Source of the DNA: an uncultured Bacteroidales bacterium
GTDB lineage: Bacteria > Bacteroidota > Bacteroidia > Bacteroidales > VadinHA17
Reading direction: 5' to 3'
NCBI GenBank assembly: GCA_963838215.1
Contig: CAWIQG010000005.1
Coordinates: 83,310-147,309, forward strand
Length of the DNA stretch: 64,000 nucleotides
Made by a program: the position numbers and the translations under genes. This document shows positions 50,601 through 57,144 of this stretch, one piece after another. A model generated the notes under the pieces. The model had not been told where the DNA came from and did no database searches. It was given only the letters and a program-made list of their open reading frames with translations. How positions within the stretch are numbered: position 1 is the stretch's first letter; each line of letters starts with the position of its first letter.

Positions 50601-53600
50601 GCCAGTTCCATAAGCAATAGTAACCGTACCAATAGTCTCACCATTCTGCAAGCCAACAGATGTAAAAGCTGTCGAACCTGTACCTCCTGTTATGAGTGTA
50701 CCATAAGTCTTATTTGCATTACTGGTTGTGATCGTCAAGGTTGCTGTACCTACTATAATATTCCCTGCCGTATAGCTAATTGAATAATTGCTTGCTGTAA
50801 ACGTCCCTCCTGTCGCAGCTGATGCAGTCACTGATCCTGTATATGTTCCTACTGCTGCTGTTGCTGCAAAACCGGTGCTATATGCTATTGTAACTGTACC
50901 AATAGTCTCACCATTCTGCAAGCCAACAGATGTAAAAGCTGTAGAACCTGCACCTCCTGTTATGAGCGTACCATAGGTCTTATTTACATTATTGGCTGTG
51001 ATCGTTAAGGTAGCTTTACCTACTATAATATTCCCAGCTGTGTAGCCAATTGAATAATTGCTTGCTGTAAACGTTCCTCCTGTTGCAGCTGATGCAGTCA
51101 CCGATCCTGTATATGTTCCCACTGCTGCTGTTGCTGCAGCACCGGTGCCATAAACAATAGTAACCGTACCAATAGTCTCACCATTCTGCAAGCCAACAGA
51201 TGTAAAAGCTGTTGAACCAGCTCCACTTGTCAGTATTGATCCATAGGTCTTATTTACATTATTGGCCGTGATTGTCAAGGTTGCTTTAGCTACTATAATA
51301 TTCCCTACTGTATAGCTAATCGAATAATTGCTGGCAGTAAACGTTCCTCCTGTCGCAACTGATGCTGTCACTGATCCTGTATATGTTCCCACGGCATCTG
51401 TTTTAGCAGCACCCGTACCATAAGCAATAGTAACCGTACCAATAGTCTCACCATTCTGCAAGCCAACAGATGTAAAAGCTGTTGAACCTGCACCTCCTGT
51501 TATGAGTGTACCATAAGTCTTATTTACATTACTGGCTGTGATCGTTAAGGTTGCTGTACCTACTATAATATTCCCAGCTGTATAGCTAATTGTATAATTG
51601 CCCGCTGTAAACGTCCCTCCTGTTGCAGCTGATGCAGTTACCTGACCAGTATATGTTCCCACGGCATCTGTTTTAGCAGCACCCGTACCATAAACAATAG
51701 TAACCGTACCAATAGTCTCACCATTCTGCAAGCCAACAGATGTAAAAGCTGTCGAACCGGTACCTCCTGTTATGAGTGTACCATAGGTCTTATTTACATT
51801 ATTGGCCGTGACTGTCAAGGGTGCTTTAGCTACTATAATATTCCCAACTGTATAGCTAGTTGTATAATTGCCAACTGAAAACGTTCCTCCTGTTGCAGCT
51901 GATGCAGTCACCGATCCTGTATATGTTCCCACTGCTGCTGTTGCTGCAGAACCGGTGCTATAAACAATAGTAACCGTACCTATAGTCTCACCATTCTGCA
52001 AGCCAACAGATGTAAAAGCTGTCGAACCGGTACCTCCTGTTATGAGTGTACCATAGGTCTTATTTACATTATTCGCCGTGATTGTCAAGGGTGCTTTAGC
52101 TACTATAATATTCCCAACTGTATAGCTAGTTGTATAATTGCTGGCAGTAAACGTTCCTCCTGTTGCAGCTGATGCAGTTACCTGACCGGTATATGTTCCC
52201 ACAGCATCTGTTTTAGCAGCACCCGTACCATAAGCAATAGTAACCGTACCAATAGTCTCACCATTCTGCAAGCCAACAGATGTAAAAGCTGTCGAACCTG
52301 CACCTCCTGTTATGAGCGTACCATAGGTCTTATTTACATTATTGGCTGTAATCGTCAAGGTTACTGTACCTACTATAATATTCCCAGCTGTATAGCCAAT
52401 TGTATAATTACCCGCTGTAAATGTCCCTCCAGTCGCAGCTGATGCAGTCACCTGACCCGTATATGTTCCTACTGCTGCTGTTGCTGCAGAACCGGTGCTA
52501 TAAGCAATAGTAACCGTACCTATAGTCTCACCATTCTGCAAGCCAACAGAGGTAAAGGCTGTAGAACCCGTACCTCCTGTTATGAGTGTACCATAAGTCT
52601 TATTTACATTATTGGCTGTGATCGTTAAGGTTGCTTTATTTACGGTAAACGAACCATTCAAATAGGTAATGTTGTAGTTTGTCAGACCAGTGCCTGCTGC
52701 TGCACTAGGTACGATTGTATAGGGAGAACCAGCCACACCTGCGGTCGCGGCTGCTCCACCACTGGTAAGTGTCACACTGGTTACGGCATCTGAATTAACC
52801 AGACCAGAGGTAGTAAATTCTGTACCCACGAAGGTTAAAGCTGTACCGTAAGTCTTGGACTGGTTATTGGCTGTGATTGTCAAGGCTTTCTTGCTGACTG
52901 TCCCGTTGTAAACATTATAAGTGACAGTATAGTTACTTTCAAGGAAACCTCCTGTACCTGTCGCCAATGATGGTGTGACAACATAAGCTGCTCCTGCTGT
53001 AGTGGTGGCTGAAAGACCTGCTGCATCAGGGGTTAGTGTAACGCTGGTCACTGTCTCTCCTGTTATCTCTCCGCTATGAGTGAAGTTCGTTGTACTGGTT
53101 CCTGTAGTTAAAGCTGTTCCATAAACCTTTGTCGGCCCTGTGGCCGTAACCGTCAAGGCTTTCTTGCTGACTGTCCCGTTGTAAACATTATAAGTGACAG
53201 TATAGTTGCTTTCAAGGAAACCTCCTGTACCTGTTGCTAATGATGGTGTGACAACATAGGCTGCTCCTGCTGCAGTAGTGGCTGAAAGACCTGCTGCATT
53301 TGGGGTTAGCGTAACACTGGTTACTGTCTCACCTGTTATCTCTCCGCTGTGCGTGAAATTCGTGGTGCTGGTTCCTGTAGTTAAAGCTGTTCCATAAACC
53401 TTTGTCGGCCCTGTGGCCGTAACCGTCAAGGCTTTCTTGCTGACTGTTCCATTGTAAACATTATAAGTGACAGTATAATTACTTTCAAGGAAACCTCCTG
53501 TACCTGTTGCTAATGATGGTGTGACAACATAGGCTGCTCCTGCTGCAGTGGTGGCTGAAAGACCTGCTGCATTTGGGGTTAGTGTAACACTGGTTACTGT

Positions 53601-54836
53601 CTCACCTGTTATCTCTCCACTGTGCGTGAAGTTCGTTGTACTGGTTCCTGTAGTTAAAGCTGTTCCATAAACCTTTGTCGGCCCTGTGGCCGTAACTGTC
53701 AAGGCTTTCTTGCTGACTGTCCCGTTGTAAACACTATAAGTGACAGTATAATTACTTTCAAGGAAACCTCCTGTACCTGTTGCTAATGATGGTGTGACAA
53801 CATAGGCTGCTCCTGCTGCAGTAGTGGCTGAAAGACCTGCTGCATCAGGAGTTAGTGTAACGCTGGTCACTGTCTCACCTGTTATCTCTCCGCTATGAGT
53901 GAAGTTCGTGGTACTGGTTCCTGTAGTTAAAGCTGTTCCATAAACCTTTGTCGGCCCTGTGGCCGTAACCGTCAAGGCTTTCTTGCTGACTGTCCCGTTG
54001 TAAACATTATAAGTGACAGTATAGTTACTTTCAAGGAAACCTCCTGTACCTGTCGCCAACGATGGTGTGACAACATAGGCTGCTCCTGCTGCAGTGGTGG
54101 CTGAAAGACCTGCTGCATCAGGGGTTAGTGTAACGCTGGTCACTGTCTCACCTGTTATCTCTCCGCTATGAGTGAAGTTCGTGGTACTGGTCCCTGTAGT
54201 TAAGGCTGTTCCATAAACCTTTGTCGGCCCTGTGGCCGTAACCGTCAAGGCTTTCTTGCTGACTGTCCCGTTGTAAGCAATATAAGTTACGGTATAGTTA
54301 CTTTCAAGGAAACCTCCTGTACCTGTCGCCAATGATGGTGTGACAACAAAGGCTGCTCCTGCTGCAGTAGTGGCTGAAAGACCTGCTGAATTCGGGGTTA
54401 GAGTTACACTTGTTACTGTCTCTCCTGTTATCTCTCCGCTGTGCGTGAAGTTCGTGGTACTGGTTCCTGTAGTTAAAGCTGTTCCATAAACCTTTGTCGG
54501 CCCTGTGGCCGTTATCGTAAGAGTCTCTTTATCTATAGTGAGGCTCTGATTTTTCTGTGGAGCCTGGTCCCAGGTTCCATCACCTGCCTGATCGGCATAA
54601 ATGGTAACAGTACCGGCAGCAACTATATGTACTTTATTGCTAACAATGGTTGCTATTTCAATATTGCTGCTCGAATAGGTCACCGTCAGACCCGACGAAG
54701 CAGTTGCACCCGGGTCGAAATCGGCATCGCCATAAGTTCTATCAGAAAGTACAGGAAAAGTAATAGTCTGACTTGATTGTGCGAATCCTAAAAGGGTCAG
54801 CAACAAAAAACATGCACCAATAGATAATCTTTTCAT
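44667..54836 (-). CDS. Giant (3389 aa) repetitive surface protein/adhesin with MBG-like and YDG-like repeat arrays and T9SS type-A C-terminal sorting domain
   Basis: Single uninterrupted ORF with signal peptide MKRLSIGACFLLLTLLGFAQS. It contains 6 x 91-aa units (ATGPTKVYGTALTTG...), 11 x 90-aa units (NKTYGTLITGG...GLQNGETIG...), 3 canonical MBG-like units (KIYGAADPTLTFSYSGWVNSEDESVL), 9 x 85-aa YDG units (NKIYDGNTGT...DDVTL...FDTKDVG...) and Ig-like modules. The last ~85 aa (VAPNPNNGQFTV...GIYFIDI...KIIVNSN) fits the T9SS type-A CTD. Confidence 0.9.
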   Translation of the reverse strand: MKRLSIGACFLLLTLLGFAQSSQTITFPVLSDRTYGDADFDPGATASSGLTVTYSSSNIEIATIVSNKVHIVAAGTVTIYADQAGDGTWDQAPQKNQSLTIDKETLTITATGPTKVYGTALTTGTSTTNFTHSGEITGETVTSVTLTPNSAGLSATTAAGAAFVVTPSLATGTGGFLESNYTVTYIAYNGTVSKKALTVTATGPTKVYGTALTTGTSTTNFTHSGEITGETVTSVTLTPDAAGLSATTAAGAAYVVTPSLATGTGGFLESNYTVTYNVYNGTVSKKALTVTATGPTKVYGTALTTGTSTTNFTHSGEITGETVTSVTLTPDAAGLSATTAAGAAYVVTPSLATGTGGFLESNYTVTYSVYNGTVSKKALTVTATGPTKVYGTALTTGTSTTNFTHSGEITGETVTSVTLTPNAAGLSATTAAGAAYVVTPSLATGTGGFLESNYTVTYNVYNGTVSKKALTVTATGPTKVYGTALTTGTSTTNFTHSGEITGETVTSVTLTPNAAGLSATTAAGAAYVVTPSLATGTGGFLESNYTVTYNVYNGTVSKKALTVTATGPTKVYGTALTTGTSTTNFTHSGEITGETVTSVTLTPDAAGLSATTTAGAAYVVTPSLATGTGGFLESNYTVTYNVYNGTVSKKALTITANNQSKTYGTALTFVGTEFTTSGLVNSDAVTSVTLTSGGAAATAGVAGSPYTIVPSAAAGTGLTNYNITYLNGSFTVNKATLTITANNVNKTYGTLITGGTGSTAFTSVGLQNGETIGTVTIAYSTGSAATAAVGTYTGQVTASAATGGTFTAGNYTIGYTAGNIIVGTVTLTITANNVNKTYGTLITGGAGSTAFTSVGLQNGETIGTVTIAYGTGAAKTDAVGTYTGQVTASAATGGTFTASNYTTSYTVGNIIVAKAPLTITANNVNKTYGTLITGGTGSTAFTSVGLQNGETIGTVTIVYSTGSAATAAVGTYTGSVTASAATGGTFSVGNYTTSYTVGNIIVAKAPLTVTANNVNKTYGTLITGGTGSTAFTSVGLQNGETIGTVTIVYGTGAAKTDAVGTYTGQVTASAATGGTFTAGNYTISYTAGNIIVGTATLTITASNVNKTYGTLITGGAGSTAFTSVGLQNGETIGTVTIAYGTGAAKTDAVGTYTGSVTASVATGGTFTASNYSISYTVGNIIVAKATLTITANNVNKTYGSILTSGAGSTAFTSVGLQNGETIGTVTIVYGTGAAATAAVGTYTGSVTASAATGGTFTASNYSIGYTAGNIIVGKATLTITANNVNKTYGTLITGGAGSTAFTSVGLQNGETIGTVTIAYSTGFAATAAVGTYTGSVTASAATGGTFTASNYSISYTAGNIIVGTATLTITTSNANKTYGTLITGGTGSTAFTSVGLQNGETIGTVTIAYGTGAAATDAVGTYTGQVTASAATGGTFTASNYSISYTVGNIIVAKATLTITANNQSKTYGTAVTFLGTEFTTSGLVNSDAVTSVTLTSGGAAATAGVAGSPYTIVPSAAAGTGLTNYNITYLNGSFTVNKATLTITASNVNKTYGTLITGGTGSTAFTSVGLQNGETIGTVTIAYSTGSAATAAVGTYTGQVTASAATGGTFTAGNYTIGYTAGNIIVGTVTLTITANNVNKTYGTLITGGAGSTAFTSVGLQNGETISTVTIAYGTGASATDAVGTYTGQVTASAATGGTFTAGNYTISYTVGDIIVGTATLTVTANNALKTYGETLTGGSGSTAFTSVGLQNSETIGTVTITYGTGAAATDAAGTYTGSVIASAATGGTFTASNYTIGYVARDIMVAKATLTVNADTLTKIYGAADPTLTFSYSGWVNSEDESVLTTPPTAGTTVDLTTPVGVYTGAITVSGGVDENYAFTYVAADFTVTKAMLFVTADPQTKVFGDPNPELTLGYSGWVNSENESVLTTLPTASTIVDDATPVGVYSGAITVAGGIANNYDFTYVAGDFTVTRPTLIVTANAQTKVYGQVNPELTFTYSGWQNGDDESVLTTKPTASTTVTDTTSVGTYSITVSGGVAENYDFTYNPANFIVTKDTLTVTGSFAAANKIYDREIAATIITNNLTLAGKVGSDDVTLANIAEFDTKDTGTGKTVSLSDLSLSGARAGNYTLLLSGAPTTTADIYPLSITGSITVGNKVYDGNTGTSELSRSLNGVISPDDVTLTGGTSTFDTKDVGTSKTVTLTGASLSGADAADYSLASVSETTADITALSITGSFTVENKIYDGNTGTSELSRSLDGVISPDDVTLTGGTSTFDTKDVGTSKTVTLTGASLSGADAADYSLASVSETTADITTLSITGSVTVENKIYDGNTGTSELSRSLDGVISPDDVTLTGGTSTFDTKDVGTTKTVTLTGASLSGADAANYSLASVSETTADITTLSITGSFTVENKIYDGNTSAIVHSYFLDGVISPDDVTLTGGTSTFDTKDVGTSKTVTLTGASLSGADAANYSLASVSETTADITTLSITGSFTVENKIYDGNTGTSELSRSLDGVISPDDVTLTGGTSTFDTKDVGTSKTVTLIGASLSGADAADYYLASVSATTADIIPLSITGSVTVDNKIYDGNTSAIVHSYFLDGVISPDDVTLTGVTATFDTKDVGTSKTVTLTGSLSGADATDYYLASAPTTTADITTLSITGSFTVENKIYDGNTGTSELSRSLDGVISPDDVTLTGGTSTFDTKDVGTSKTVTLTGASLSGADAADYYLASVSATTADITPLSITGSFIVDNKIYDGNTGTIELSRSLDGVISPDDVTLAGGTSTFDTKDVGTTKTVTLTGASLSGADAADYYLASVSTTTADIIPKDLTITATGPAKTYGTALTAGTSTTNFTHSGEISGEIVTSVTLTPDAAGLSATAPAGTAYVVTPSMVTGTGGFLESNYAVTYLPYEDVVAKKPLTIIATGPTKEYGTALTAGTNTTYFTTNSEEVPGELVTSVTLTPDAAGLSAATDAGTAFVVTPSMATGTGGFLASNYDINYNNGTFTVTKANLRLSIHNINKFQGDELPDMEAYVVTSDLKFPGDINTLDFSLNLTTNCTASSPPIIPPAPDYWIDFPVAPVDNNYSISYTTGILIVYPKIEITSQPTSKESCEYSNIGFSVSSTGVFQKYEWQYRENTTDDWKDITNPPFLKHNGENTNILSLDSILNTFNGYQFSCKIVSKFLEDSLVSVNNQVLRGDSVTTDITSSDVPVLTVDKSPPPDAVLKKGNNILICTNADSVKYQWGDASGNISGATGQYFIPTDLSDLTKYWVITTNKNECTTKVYYEQGGVIIPVSPGLNLPVTVAPNPNNGQFTVTVNGLTASSSIQVFVRDYFGKTYPNTVQKMTSGTVLTVQSTDINQGTKLKPGIYFIDIIQGNMRAIAKIIVNSN
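46365..48665 (-). repeat. Intragenic tandem repeat, 255-bp unit x 9 (YDG-like units)
   Basis: Antisense shadow ORFs start at 46447, 46702, 46954, 47209, 47719 and 47974, which gives a 252-255-bp periodicity. The shadows at 47209 and 47974 differ at 1 of 71 residues. Confidence 0.9.
49410..52634 (-). repeat. Intragenic tandem repeat, 270-bp unit x 8 + 3, interrupted by one 255-bp QSKTYG unit (~50220-50474)
   Basis: The 'ggtcttatttacatt...' motif recurs at 270-bp spacing (e.g. ~49911 and ~50181). The block QSKTYG unit plus the next two units is itself duplicated at a 2415-bp offset (ttatttacgg at 50221 and ~52636). Confidence 0.85.
52890..54527 (-). repeat. Intragenic tandem repeat, 273-bp unit x 6
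   Basis: The same motif (gctttcttgctgactgt...) recurs at 273-bp spacing, e.g. ~53158 and ~53431. The protein units are near-identical. Confidence 0.85.
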
Positions 54837-55204
54837 CAGATTAATTAGGTTTAGGTTTCACAGATTAATTGCTCGTGTTTAGCTTATCCATTACAATAAT
54901 ACAATGCTTTAATCGCTTATATTTATATTAAGATTAACACATAATGCTATATTTCTGACAATTTTCTATTTAACTGAATATATATATTACAGTAACAATT
55001 TCAGGTCATCACAGAATTTAAATTTTTTCAGTGAAATTATATAAAAAAAAGTAAAATAAGTTCACTTATGATACTGTTTTTTAATTATAATAAAGAAAAG
55101 TTAAAAAATCCTATCATAGTTTTGTGTTATTTCCCAAGGCAAACAAAGTTTCTGAACCTATGACAATTTCAGATCTTGAAATGAAATAATTGATCTTTCA
55201 ATGA

Positions 55205-57067
55205 TCAGATTTTTACGCCAATAACCAGTATATCGTCTGTTTGTGGTTGGTTAATATCAGTACTCTTTCTCCAGTATTCTATTGTCTGATTTAGTTTTTC
55301 ACATTGATCAAACAGGGATAATTCCTGGATTTCTTTAAGCAGGGCACAAAACCGGTAAGATTTAAATGTTTTCCCGTTTTCACCAAACTGGGCAACAAAT
55401 CCATCTGAGAAAATATAAAATGAATCTCCTTTTAAAAGAGGAATTTCTACAGTTTTGATCATCTTTTTTGCCTGATAGTAACTCAAACTACTGGAAATCC
55501 CTTTGATCTCGTTCATTTCACCTTTAGAAAAATAATAAAGAGGCCTTCCAAACCCTGAAAAACGTAGAATATTATTTTCAGTGTCAAGAGTACATACAGT
55601 AAAATCCATACCGAATTTATCGCAGTTGGAATGCTTGTCATATCTTAAAAAATCCCTGATCCTTGAAATTGTAAAATTCAGAATTTTAGATGGATCTGTT
55701 ATCTTTCTTGTTCTGACAGCCAGATCAAGACAATAATAACAAACTGATGACAGGATTGCTGCTGAAATACTATGACCTGTGCAATCGGCAACAGAGAGAA
55801 CAACATTATTATTTATTTCCGAAATATAATAGAAATCGCCCGATACAATATCTTTTGGTTTATTTAAAATGAAACTGTCGGGAAGGATTTCTTTAAAATC
55901 CAGAATTGAAGGCAAAAAATGGTTTTGCAATGCTTTACCATTGGTAAAAGCACCTTTTAAGTCTTCGATTGACAATTCAACCCTTTTTATGTCATATCCC
56001 AATTTTTGAATTATACTATCCGGCAAATTTGATTTCAGAAGACTTATTGATGTCTTTAATACGCTGATGCTACCCCAGTTTTTTTTCACATAAGAGATTT
56101 TCTCTGATACTTCCGGTGAAACTGGTACTGCAGCAAAACCAATATCTTTCAAAAGAGATGGTATCAGCTTTACTAAAATTCTATCCTTTTCTCTTTCTTC
56201 TTCCGGAAGGTTATCGAATGGAATAAGACAGTTGTGAAGCTTCTTGCTGTTATCTCTTTCTTTAGCATAAGTCCAACCCGACAATCTCCGTTCCCAGCAC
56301 CAACGATCATGCTCAATTCTTGCCATTGTCTCTATCTCATGTTTTGTCAGATCCAACAGAGGTATCTCAATATCTTTTTCGAATTTATACTGAATTTTAT
56401 ATCCTATCGAAAGCAATTTTGTAGGAATATGATAGGCGTTATCAATATTGGATAGCTTAATATCTTCACTGAGATCGTCGAATTTCGAAGCATTATTCAA
56501 CGCATTCGTTGATTTTCCAAATTTTGAATGAATAACCCGGGCAAGTTTTTCTGCAATTTCAATATTAATAAACTCTGCTTCAGACTCACGAATAATTTCA
56601 AAACCTGCATTCTTAAATATAATTGGAATAATATAGATAAACTCGCAGTACATAATCTTATCTTCCTGCGATAATTGTATAAATGGTGCAAAATCGTGAT
56701 ATTTTTCAACAAGAAGTTCATTATCCTGATATAATTCAACCACTTCCTCCAACCACTTATTATGAATAATTTCAGCCATTTCATAAACTTCGGCCTCGGT
56801 AATTATACAGGAGCGACAGTGTTTTGTAAACCGTTGAATTTTAATATTACTATGATCTAATATTAATGGAATCAATCGCGGAAAATTTTGTAAGGTCAAA
56901 GAATTTTCACTGACAAGTGACAGCTTTTTGACTTTATTCCTGATTCCTGATAACTCTTTTCTGAAAAGTTCTATAATGGACAAAGAAATTATTTTAACTT
57001 CATCATTGGTGATTTTAGAATTTGAAAAGAGTGATGCCGGGATGTTGAATTGTAATACACTTTCCAT
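55205..57067 (-). CDS. RyR-domain repeat protein fused to SpoIIE/PPM-type phosphatase domain
   Basis: 620 aa. The central region has a strong RyR-domain match (MARIEHDRWCWERRLSGWTYAKERDNSKKLHNCLIPFDNLPEEEREKDR) and two weaker upstream copies (AEIIHNKWLEE...LSQEDK; LARVIHSKF...LSEDIK). The C-terminal SpoIIE-like domain reads LQNHFLPS, SGDFYY, VADCTGHSISAA, FSDGF and DDILVIGV. Confidence 0.75.
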   Translation of the reverse strand: MESVLQFNIPASLFSNSKITNDEVKIISLSIIELFRKELSGIRNKVKKLSLVSENSLTLQNFPRLIPLILDHSNIKIQRFTKHCRSCIITEAEVYEMAEIIHNKWLEEVVELYQDNELLVEKYHDFAPFIQLSQEDKIMYCEFIYIIPIIFKNAGFEIIRESEAEFINIEIAEKLARVIHSKFGKSTNALNNASKFDDLSEDIKLSNIDNAYHIPTKLLSIGYKIQYKFEKDIEIPLLDLTKHEIETMARIEHDRWCWERRLSGWTYAKERDNSKKLHNCLIPFDNLPEEEREKDRILVKLIPSLLKDIGFAAVPVSPEVSEKISYVKKNWGSISVLKTSISLLKSNLPDSIIQKLGYDIKRVELSIEDLKGAFTNGKALQNHFLPSILDFKEILPDSFILNKPKDIVSGDFYYISEINNNVVLSVADCTGHSISAAILSSVCYYCLDLAVRTRKITDPSKILNFTISRIRDFLRYDKHSNCDKFGMDFTVCTLDTENNILRFSGFGRPLYYFSKGEMNEIKGISSSLSYYQAKKMIKTVEIPLLKGDSFYIFSDGFVAQFGENGKTFKSYRFCALLKEIQELSLFDQCEKLNQTIEYWRKSTDINQPQTDDILVIGVKI

Positions 57068-57144
57068 TAATATATGTTTTTAAACAGACTTTGAATCTAA
57101 GCTAATGGATCATTTTATAATGAAACAAACAATTATTTCTTTGA

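Noticed and set aside
46365-54527. Regularly spaced repeats that could be mistaken for a CRISPR-like or satellite array
   Set aside because: The units are 255-273 bp and directly abut with no unique spacers. They stay in one reading frame of a single long ORF, so these are protein-coding domain repeats.
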